Shown here in pieces: positions 8,979 through 17,142 of a stretch of 64,000 bases of DNA. Under the pieces are notes generated by a model that saw only the letters and a program-made list of their open reading frames with translations, searched no databases and had not been told where the DNA came from. Origin of the DNA: Acidobacteriota bacterium (GTDB taxonomy: Bacteria; Acidobacteriota; Blastocatellia; UBA7656); assembly GCA_016201275.1 (NCBI GenBank), contig JACQDB010000043.1, positions 339 through 64,338 of the forward strand, written 5' to 3'. The translations under genes and the position numbers were made by a program. Numbering within the stretch: position 1 is the stretch's first letter; the number at the start of each line of letters is the position of its first letter.

Positions 8979-10769
8979 TTGCCGAAAAAACCACGCACCG
9001 AGAGCTCGAAACCTCAAAACGCAGCTCGGAAAAAACCCTATGCACGCCAGGAAAAAAAAGCATGGCGCGGGATTTTATTACTGGTCGCTTTGTCGGTGCT
9101 GTTGTTTTTACCGGTATGGTTAAACCCGTCCTTGAACGGCGATGATGCAGCACAACATTACTGGTGGTCAAAAGAATTTATTTATGAACTGGGACAAGGC
9201 AACCTCTATCCGCGCTGGTTGAGCGGCGCGTATGGTGGGCGCGGCAGCCCTATATTGGTCTATTATCCGCCGCTGCCATTTTATGCGGCAGCGCTCTTTT
9301 ATGTAGGCATCCGCGACCCTTTGTTGTCGCTGTATTGGGGCTGTTGGTTGGGGCTACTGGTGTCCGGCATCACCATGTATGGATACAGCCGAACGCTGCT
9401 TTCGCACCGAGAGAGTTTGCTGGCGGCAGCGTTTTATATGACGGCGCATTATCACCTCTTCGATTTTTACCAGCGCATGGCACAGCACGAATTCTGGGCT
9501 TTCGCCTGGGTGCCGCTGCTGTTGTACGGCATCAATCGGGGGAGCCTGACCAATCAGTGGTCAGCGTTTTTCATCATAGCGGCGGCGTATGCGTTGCTCT
9601 TGATGACGCATTTGCCGACGGCTCTTATGATTACGCTAGTGCTGCCGATTTATGTCTTGATCTTGACGCGCAAGGCTAGGCCACTGGCACGCATCGCGGC
9701 AGGCTTGATGCTGGGCGTGGGAATGGCAGCGATCTTTCTCTTGCCCTTTCTGTTGGAGAGGGAATACCTGAAAGCCCTCGGCAGCAAAGCGCCGAATCAA
9801 TATTTTCACGCGGGCTTTTTATTTGAAAACCTCGGTCAAGCCTTCCGGCAAATTCCCTTTCCTTCAAATGGTAGCTTCAACCTTTTTCTGTTGGCCGGGG
9901 ACTGGCTGGCGGTAGGCTTTCTGGCGCTACTGATTATCTGCACGGTGGTGGTTTGGAGAAGCGACTACAGGCGCAACCACGCGCTAGTCGGATTGTGGGT
10001 CATCACCATTTTCAGTTTGCTGATGACCACGCGGTTGACCACACCGCTTTGGCGCTTGCTGCCGCAAGTCAAAAATATTCAATTCCCGATTCGCTGGTTT
10101 TCGCTGGTTTCGGTTGGCGTTGCTTTGCTTGTTGCCTTGGCCAGCGCTATCGTGATGCGTCAATGGCGGTCGTCTTATCTACAGGCGGCGGCGCTGGCGT
10201 TGGTTATTGTGGTAAACCTGATATGCAGTTGGTTGATTATCGCGCACGCACCTTTGCAACCGGAAGCGTTTCAAAAACGCATCAGCAATTACACCGATGT
10301 GCGCGAATATCATCCTCGCTGGTGGGATCAGCAACGGCATAGCGAATTGGACGCGGCCTCGGCGGTCGTGGTCGCTGGCAAGGCGCACGTTACGCCGCTT
10401 GATGAAGAAGGGACCACGCAAAGTTATCGCATCAACACAGAGGAAGATGCGCTATTGAAGTTTCGCGTCTTGTACTTTCCCGGCTGGCAGGCGCAAGTGG
10501 ATGGGCAAGCGGTTGCGGTTGCGCCAAACGACGAGGGACATCTGCAATTGGCGCTTGCCCGTGGCGAGCATCAAGTGACGTTGCGGTTTGCAGCGACGCG
10601 CCTACAGGGGGCAGGAACCTTGATCTCCGGTTTCAGCCTGCTGATCTTTCTGGCAACGCTAGGGATCGCGTACCGTAGAACCCGAAATGCCAAAGCCCTA
10701 GACTTGGCGCACAGCGCCATGGCAACAGCGGCGACAAGCGGTGGCAAACCCCAACCGGCGGCAAAATAA
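8979..10769 (+). CDS. Polytopic membrane protein, possibly GT-C-type (ArnT/PMT-like) glycosyltransferase or glycan polymerase
   Basis: TTG start with GAGGA SD 6 nt upstream; ~11 predicted TM helices, 'YYPPLPFY' loop motif, large C-terminal periplasmic beta-rich domain. Family assignment is inference only. Confidence 0.45.
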   Translation: MPKKPRTESSKPQNAARKKPYARQEKKAWRGILLLVALSVLLFLPVWLNPSLNGDDAAQHYWWSKEFIYELGQGNLYPRWLSGAYGGRGSPILVYYPPLPFYAAALFYVGIRDPLLSLYWGCWLGLLVSGITMYGYSRTLLSHRESLLAAAFYMTAHYHLFDFYQRMAQHEFWAFAWVPLLLYGINRGSLTNQWSAFFIIAAAYALLLMTHLPTALMITLVLPIYVLILTRKARPLARIAAGLMLGVGMAAIFLLPFLLEREYLKALGSKAPNQYFHAGFLFENLGQAFRQIPFPSNGSFNLFLLAGDWLAVGFLALLIICTVVVWRSDYRRNHALVGLWVITIFSLLMTTRLTTPLWRLLPQVKNIQFPIRWFSLVSVGVALLVALASAIVMRQWRSSYLQAAALALVIVVNLICSWLIIAHAPLQPEAFQKRISNYTDVREYHPRWWDQQRHSELDAASAVVVAGKAHVTPLDEEGTTQSYRINTEEDALLKFRVLYFPGWQAQVDGQAVAVAPNDEGHLQLALARGEHQVTLRFAATRLQGAGTLISGFSLLIFLATLGIAYRRTRNAKALDLAHSAMATAATSGGKPQPAAK

Positions 10770-10919
10770 AAGGCGTTGCGGCTCTCTTGTAGCTTTCGTG
10801 CAGAGCATCAATAAATTGTGTTGTGCATTGCAATGGCATACAGCATCTAGGGAGTCTTCACGCTAACCATCAGAGCGTCTGTGATTTTGCCTGGAGACAG
10901 GAAATGCAAAGGAGAGGCG

Positions 10920-11411
10920 ATGAATGAAACCGATATGAACTATCTGCGTCTGGCGATGACAGTGGCGCGGCGGGCGAAAGCCAAAGGCAATCATCCGTTT
11001 GGTGCAGTGTTGACCGATCAAGACGGCAAGCTTTTATGGGAAGCGGAAAACACTGTCGAGACGGAGCGCGATTGCACAGGCCACGCCGAAACCAACCTGA
11101 TGCGTCTGGCGTCGCAACACTATGACGCCGAGTTTCTATCTGCCTGCACGCTCTACAGCAGCACAGAGCCTTGCGCGATGTGTGCAACGGCGATCATCTG
11201 GGGCGAGGTTGGGCGACTGGTTTATGCTTTGAGCGCCGAGCGCTTTTATACGAAGGTCTTGCCGCCCCATCAACCGTGGTCGTTTCGTCTGTCGTGCCGC
11301 GAAGTCTTTGCCCGATTAACGCGCCCGGTAGAAATCGTCGGGCCGATGCTTGAAGACGAAGGCGAAGAAGTTCACCAGGGCTTCTGGTCATCAGCACCTC
11401 TTCCAGAATAA
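10920..11411 (+). CDS. CMP/dCMP-type zinc deaminase (tRNA-adenosine/guanine deaminase-like)
   Basis: 'HAE' and 'PCAMCA' zinc-binding motifs; AAGGAGAGG SD before ATG 10920. Confidence 0.75.
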   Translation: MNETDMNYLRLAMTVARRAKAKGNHPFGAVLTDQDGKLLWEAENTVETERDCTGHAETNLMRLASQHYDAEFLSACTLYSSTEPCAMCATAIIWGEVGRLVYALSAERFYTKVLPPHQPWSFRLSCREVFARLTRPVEIVGPMLEDEGEEVHQGFWSSAPLPE

Positions 11412-11571
11412 AATGAAGGGCGTTGAGAAACTGTCTTTCTGCCTCCTGCCTTTGGACAAAAGCGTTTTTCAACGGTCGGCTTCGCACGGAATGTTGCGGC
11501 CTGACAGCCGCTTTCCGGCATCGCGGAGGGGGGATTTTTTCTTCCTCCAATTAGAAAATTACCGGGCAATT

Positions 11572-12024
11572 ATGGAACTGAAATTTGAAGAGAAGTATCA
11601 AGGCCAACTCCTCAGTTTGGAGTCAACGATTGTTGCCGTATATCGCAAAAACCAGCAACTGACGGATTACAGCGTGATGGAAGTTCTGGATGGTTTGATA
11701 CGGTTTTATCAGGCGGAAGCGCTCGGTCGTAACGCGCCAGCGCGAAGGCTTGAGCCGCTAGACCAACAGCTATTCGAGCAGGTCGGCGCGATTTGCGAAA
11801 TGCTGTTGGGCAAAGGCGAGTTGCGCGATGAAAAGGGCAAGGTCGTGAGCCTGGCTGACCTGAATCCGGCGCTGAAAACCGAGCTTGCCGGTAGGCTTAA
11901 CTCGACTACGCAGGAAGAACTTCTTGCCTGTCTCAAGCGCTTACGAAAATCGGTGACGCGCTGGAATAAAGCGAATGGCCGGCGCGGCTACCTGGATTTC
12001 GTGAGTAAATATTTTCTGCGGTGA
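11572..12024 (+). CDS. Hypothetical protein (150 aa)
   Basis: ORF only; no recognisable motifs. The 11350..12024 track ORF is trimmed to the first ATG after the upstream gene. Confidence 0.35.
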   Translation: MELKFEEKYQGQLLSLESTIVAVYRKNQQLTDYSVMEVLDGLIRFYQAEALGRNAPARRLEPLDQQLFEQVGAICEMLLGKGELRDEKGKVVSLADLNPALKTELAGRLNSTTQEELLACLKRLRKSVTRWNKANGRRGYLDFVSKYFLR

Positions 12025-12069
12025 TGCCGGTCTCAAGGTCACGAAATCCAGTCCTTGGCATTCACCTCA

Positions 12070-15000
12070 TCAATCGGCGAAGGCTTCTTCGACTAAGCGG
12101 TGCTGTTCCATTTGATGAATGGCGTGTGAGCCAGTGGCAGTGCTGGCACTGGCGTTGCGGCCTATGTAGCGCAAGCTCTGGTCGGCACTGAGGAATTCGC
12201 GCAGACGCGGCGCGATGAAAAACCACGCGCCTTGATTCTTAGGCTCTTCCTGCACCCAGCGAATATCGGTAGCCGCTTGGTACTTCTGCAACTCGTCGGT
12301 GATGAGGTTTGTGGCAAACGGATAAATTTGCTCCAGGCGCAAAATCGCCGTCTGCTCATTAACGAGTTTTTTGCGTTGCGCTGCCAGATCGTAATAGACC
12401 TTGCCGCTGCACAACAACACGCGCTTGACCTGTGAAGCCTGCGCCGAGCTATCGCTCAACACCGGCTGAAATCCGCCGCTGGTAAATTCCTCAACCGGCG
12501 AAGAGACTTCGGGCAATCGCAATAAACTTTTGGGCGTGATGACCACCAGCGGCTTCGGCGTTTGTTTCACCTGCCGCCGCAAGAGGTGAAAATACTGCGC
12601 CGCTGTCGTGCAATTGACGACCTGCATATTGTCACCGGCACATAGTTGCAGATAGCGCTCAAGGCGTGCGCTGGAATGCTCCGGCCCCTGGCCTTCGTAA
12701 CCGTGCGGCAACAACAGCACGAGGCGCGATTTCTGATTCCACTTCTCTTCGGCAGAGGCGATGAACTGGTCAATGATGACTTGCGCGGCATTGGCGAAAT
12801 CGCCAAACTGCGCTTCCCATAACACCAGATCATCGGGCGCGGCCAGCGTGTAGCCGTAATCAAAGCCCAACACACCGGCTTCAGAAAGCGGGCTGTCGAA
12901 AATATGAAAGCGGGTGTTGTCGGTGGCCAGCAACGACAGCGGTGCCCACTCCTGGCCGGTCTTGGTATCGGTGAATCCGGCGTGGCGTTGACTGAACGTG
13001 CCGCGCACCGAATCCTGTCCGCTTAAACGCACGCTCGTCCCTTCGACCAACAGCGAGCCGAACGCCAACGCTTCGGCCATGCTCCAATCCACCGCGCCGC
13101 CTGCTTCAATCATCTTCGCACGCTTGGTCAACAAGCCTACGACTTTCGGATTCAGATTAAATTCACGCGGCACTTGAGTAATGGTGTGGGCGATGGTTTG
13201 CAAGACCGGCTGTGCGATGCCGGTTTTGACGACCTCTATAGTTTGGGCTTCGGGTTTGGGCGCGGGAATGGCAAGCTCTTTGCCTTGCTGCGCGACGACG
13301 GCCTTAGCGCCAAGCTGGGCGTTTTCATAACGGCGATTGCGTTCGTCCATCAACGAAGCAATTTTCTCGGCACTCATCACGCCCTCTTTGATTAACTTGC
13401 GCGCATACAATTGGCGCACTCCGGGATGCGCTTTGATGCGTTGGTACATAATCGGCTGGGTATAGGTTGGCTCGTCGCCTTCGTTATGCCCGTGTTTGCG
13501 AAAACCGATCACGTCAATCACTACGTCTTTGCGAAACTCCTGGCGGTAATCCAGCGCCAACTGCAAGATGTTGTAAGCCGCTTCGGGGTCGTCGCTGTTG
13601 ACGTGGAAAATCGGCACTTGAATCATCTTGGCAATGTCTGTGCTGTAAGTTGACGAGCGGCCTTCTTCGGGCGGCGTGGTAAAACCCAGTTGATTGTTGG
13701 CGATGAGGTGAATCGTGCCTGCGGTTTTATAGCCCGGCAGTTGCGACATATTCAAGGTCTCCGGCACTACGCCTTCACCGGCAAAGGCCGCATCGCCGTG
13801 AATCAACACCGCAAGTTTGGTGAGCGGGTCTTCGTGGTTTGCCAAATCTTGTTTGGCGCGCACGATGCCTTCTACTACAGGGTCAACGAATTCGAGGTGG
13901 CTCGGATTGGAGGCAACGGCGAGCGCCACTTGATGACCGTCGGCGGTTTCGCGTATGCCGCTGGCACCTTGATGATATTTCACGTCGCCATAATCGTGCG
14001 GAAATTTCGGATGAATCGAGCCTTCAAAAATCGTGAAGATGCGCTCGCAGAATTTGCCTATGACATTGGCGATCACATTCAATCTGCCGCGATGCGACAT
14101 CCCTATGGTTACGTCGTTGACGCCGCGTCGCGCCGCGCTGTCAATCAATTGGTCCAGCACGGCGATGACGGTTTCATTGCCTTCTATGGAAAAGCGTTTT
14201 TGCCCAAGATATTTTGTGCCTAAGAAACGCTCGAACAACTCCGCTGAAATCAGCTTCCATAAAATCTGTTCCTGGGTCGCGGTGGGAACCAATGGGTAGG
14301 CTCGTTCGATGCGCGAACGAATCCACTCTTTCTCTTCGGGGCCGTTGATGTTGCGGTATTCGCTGCCGACTTTGCCGCAATAATACTGGCGCAGCATTTC
14401 GACAATCTCGCGCAAGGTCGCAGTCTCTTTGCCGCCCAGCCCATCGGCGAAAAATCTTCGGTCTAAATCCCAAATCGTCAAGCCGTAAGTTTCGATGTCG
14501 AGTTCTTTGTGATAACGCACTTCCTTCCAGCCCAAAGGGTCTATGTCTGCGAGCAAGTGACCGCGCACACGATAAGCGTTGATGAGTTGCAAGACTCGCG
14601 ATTGTTTGCGCGCCTCCTGCAACTCTTCGCCGATGATGGCCGGGTTTATATCAATCGCCCAGCCATAAGGGCGGAAGGGAATGCCTAAATCATGAAACAG
14701 TTCTTCGTAAAATCCATGTTTGCCGCGCAGCATTTCATCGAGCCGGGCAAGCAACGCGCCGGACTCTGCGCCTTGAATGATGCGGTGGTCATAGGTGCTG
14801 GTGATGGTCATGATTTTGCTGATGCCGAGGCGCGACAAAGAGTCTGGCGACATGGCCTGACATTGCGGCGGATAATCAATCGAGCCGGTGGCGAGGATGA
14901 CGCCTTGTCCGGCCATCAAACGCGGATTCGAGGCGGTGGTGCCGAGAGTGCCGGGATTCGTAAGGCTGACGGTGGTGCCTTGAAAATCGGCGACCTGGAG

Positions 15001-15981
15001 TTTGCCATCGCGTGCGCGTTTCACGATGTCATCATAAGCATCAAGCAACTGCACGAAGTTCAGGCGATTGGCGCTCTTGATATTGGGAACCAGCAAAGTG
15101 CGTGAGCCATCTTTTTTGGTTACGTCAACGGCAACGCCTAGATTGACGCTCGCACGACGCAGCCGATAGGCCGACTCGCCTTCTTCTTCGTAAGCGTCGT
15201 TGAGTTGCGGAAAGCGCTCAAGGGCTTTGCTGATGGCGTGGGCGATGATGTGGGTAAACGAGACTTTGCGATTGCTGGCTTTCAAATAGTGATTGATGAG
15301 GCGGCGATTTTCGTCGAGCAACTTCACGGGGATTTCGCGTTGCGAAGTCGCCGTGGGGACTTGCAGACTGCTCTCCATGTTTTCGGCTATGCGAAGCGCT
15401 GGGCCGCGAATCGGCAGACGCTCGCTGAGTTCGGCGGCGGCGCTTGCGGGTGCGACTTGCGCCGTCGTTGTGGGCGCGGCAACTGATGTGGCTGGTGCGG
15501 CGGTTGGCGGCGCAAGGGTCGCCGTAGTTGGGGACACATTTTGTGCAGGTGCGCTTGCCGTTGGCGCAGCAGGTGCGCTTGCCGTTGGTGCGGCAGGTGC
15601 GGCATTGATTTGCGGCGCGCTTGTTGATGAAGGCGCGGTCGCCTCAGCAGAATTTTTTAGCGCGGTCGCCTCAGCCGTAGTTTGTGGTTTCGAGGCATCG
15701 CCGCTTGTCTTTGGCGAGGCGGCTTCGGCATTGCCCCATTCTCGGATCGGCTCAGTTTGCACAGAGCCATTTGACGGTGCAGGTTGGCTTGCGGCAGCGG
15801 TAGTCGGCTTTGGCCGCTGGTCATTGCCCGCTAGGTCGTGAAAATAGCCTTGCCACTCTTGGCCTATCGAAGCGGGATTTTGGATGAATTGCTGAAACAG
15901 GCTGATGACATAATCGGCATTGACGCCGAATTCATCGGCGATCAATTGTTCAATATCGGTTTGCGTACTCGGTTTGCTCAT
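12070..15981 (-). CDS. sucA: Multifunctional 2-oxoglutarate dehydrogenase E1 with fused E2-like succinyltransferase domain (OdhA/Kgd-type)
   Basis: 1303 aa. N-terminal SucA N-domain, then an A/P/T-rich linker, then an E2 catalytic segment with 'DHRIIQGAESGALLARL'. The E1 part follows with ThDP-binding regions. Same architecture and size as actinobacterial OdhA/Kgd (~1220-1230 aa). Confidence 0.85.
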   Translation of the reverse strand: MSKPSTQTDIEQLIADEFGVNADYVISLFQQFIQNPASIGQEWQGYFHDLAGNDQRPKPTTAAASQPAPSNGSVQTEPIREWGNAEAASPKTSGDASKPQTTAEATALKNSAEATAPSSTSAPQINAAPAAPTASAPAAPTASAPAQNVSPTTATLAPPTAAPATSVAAPTTTAQVAPASAAAELSERLPIRGPALRIAENMESSLQVPTATSQREIPVKLLDENRRLINHYLKASNRKVSFTHIIAHAISKALERFPQLNDAYEEEGESAYRLRRASVNLGVAVDVTKKDGSRTLLVPNIKSANRLNFVQLLDAYDDIVKRARDGKLQVADFQGTTVSLTNPGTLGTTASNPRLMAGQGVILATGSIDYPPQCQAMSPDSLSRLGISKIMTITSTYDHRIIQGAESGALLARLDEMLRGKHGFYEELFHDLGIPFRPYGWAIDINPAIIGEELQEARKQSRVLQLINAYRVRGHLLADIDPLGWKEVRYHKELDIETYGLTIWDLDRRFFADGLGGKETATLREIVEMLRQYYCGKVGSEYRNINGPEEKEWIRSRIERAYPLVPTATQEQILWKLISAELFERFLGTKYLGQKRFSIEGNETVIAVLDQLIDSAARRGVNDVTIGMSHRGRLNVIANVIGKFCERIFTIFEGSIHPKFPHDYGDVKYHQGASGIRETADGHQVALAVASNPSHLEFVDPVVEGIVRAKQDLANHEDPLTKLAVLIHGDAAFAGEGVVPETLNMSQLPGYKTAGTIHLIANNQLGFTTPPEEGRSSTYSTDIAKMIQVPIFHVNSDDPEAAYNILQLALDYRQEFRKDVVIDVIGFRKHGHNEGDEPTYTQPIMYQRIKAHPGVRQLYARKLIKEGVMSAEKIASLMDERNRRYENAQLGAKAVVAQQGKELAIPAPKPEAQTIEVVKTGIAQPVLQTIAHTITQVPREFNLNPKVVGLLTKRAKMIEAGGAVDWSMAEALAFGSLLVEGTSVRLSGQDSVRGTFSQRHAGFTDTKTGQEWAPLSLLATDNTRFHIFDSPLSEAGVLGFDYGYTLAAPDDLVLWEAQFGDFANAAQVIIDQFIASAEEKWNQKSRLVLLLPHGYEGQGPEHSSARLERYLQLCAGDNMQVVNCTTAAQYFHLLRRQVKQTPKPLVVITPKSLLRLPEVSSPVEEFTSGGFQPVLSDSSAQASQVKRVLLCSGKVYYDLAAQRKKLVNEQTAILRLEQIYPFATNLITDELQKYQAATDIRWVQEEPKNQGAWFFIAPRLREFLSADQSLRYIGRNASASTATGSHAIHQMEQHRLVEEAFAD

Positions 15982-16149
15982 GATTTGAAATCGTCCTCTA
16001 AAAATAAAGGTAAAGTGTAATGCGGCGCGCTTGGCTTCTCAACTCGCGGCGTAGAAATTCACGGCCTTCAGGATCCGGCACCGGTGTTTTGAGCGGCGCT
16101 GCGGCAACCTTTTTTGCCGCAACGGCTTGAAGTCGGAGAGCCATAGCGG

Positions 16150-16225
16150 TTGCAGACCCTGCGCCCAGCGCGGCGCTCAAGTTGCCTTGCTGGTCAGCCA
16201 TAGCGGTTGCAGACCAGAAGGGAAA
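16150..16225. promoter_or_regulatory. 19-bp direct repeat gccatagcggttgcagacc x2 (38-bp spacing) in divergent sucA / NTF2-like gene promoter region
   Basis: Seen directly at ~16150-16168 and ~16207-16225. Confidence 0.3.
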
Positions 16226-16281
16226 GCAAATTGCTTGCAAACTTGAAATCTACCCGGCAAACAGTATAGGCTTGGGCGCTT

Positions 16282-16701
16282 ATGGAAATAACTGAAGTTC
16301 TGAAATCAGCAAACGCGGCCTTCTATCGCGCCATTGATTCTGGCTCGCTAGATCGCATGGAAGAGTTGTGGGCGCACGAAGAGTTTGTGCAATGTGTGCA
16401 TCCGGGTTGGAGTTTGGTAAGCGGCTGGGCGAGGGTGCGGCAAAGCTGGGAGCAAATCTTTGCCGGTGGACAGAAGATGCGAATTTCGGCCACCGATGTA
16501 GCGGTCAATTATGTAGGCGAGTTGGCTTGGGTGACTTGCACGGAAAACATCACGATTTTCGAGGACACCAACTTCGATACAGTGCAAGCTGTCGCCACCA
16601 ATTTCTTCATGCAGCGCGGCGAAAAATGGCTTCTGGTGCATCATCACGCCTCGCCGATTCCGATGCTGGTGCCGGATGCCGAATCCAACATCATCCAGTG
16701 A
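16282..16701 (+). CDS. SnoaL/NTF2-like (ketosteroid-isomerase-fold) protein
   Basis: 139 aa, hydrophobic cone pattern 'WAHEEFVQCVHPGW...WLLVHHHAS' typical of DUF4440/SnoaL-like proteins. Confidence 0.45.
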   Translation: MEITEVLKSANAAFYRAIDSGSLDRMEELWAHEEFVQCVHPGWSLVSGWARVRQSWEQIFAGGQKMRISATDVAVNYVGELAWVTCTENITIFEDTNFDTVQAVATNFFMQRGEKWLLVHHHASPIPMLVPDAESNIIQ

Positions 16702-17142
16702 ATTCATAATTTTGGAATTAAATCCAGAATTTCATATCTTCTTGACCATTTTTACCTAATCGCAACCTCTATCACATTTTTTAACATCAATACTGTCTTG
16801 TGTTTAAAAGCTGTTGAGGGGGTATCTGGCGGCTGGCATTTTGTTTGCTTTTAATTCGCTCTACTTCAACATTCCAAGTTTAGCCAAGAAAATATGCTTA
16901 CTATCTTTGAATTGGATTATCCAGTGCTGAAATAACCTTGTGAGTGTCTTTTTTCGGGAAACCGTTTCCCTGGCTGGAAAAATGTGGCTTGGAATGAGGG
17001 AATCCCCGCTGTTTGTACGACTTCAAGCGACCCACACGGCTGATGGTTCATTTGCTAGTTGCCGTGGGGTTGCATCGCAACTTGTAAGCCCACCTGTGGT
17101 TTCGGGCTTACATCAAGAATTCATTATTTCAGGAGGAACCAA

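Noticed and set aside
11350-11571. N-terminal 74 codons of the 11350..12024 ORF overlapping the deaminase gene
   Set aside because: Overlap with deaminase in a different frame; trimmed to ATG 11572.
13690-15841. Several 137-182-aa ORFs on the plus strand within the sucA/odhA region
   Set aside because: All lie antisense to the 1303-aa dehydrogenase gene, whose reading frame has clear family motifs.
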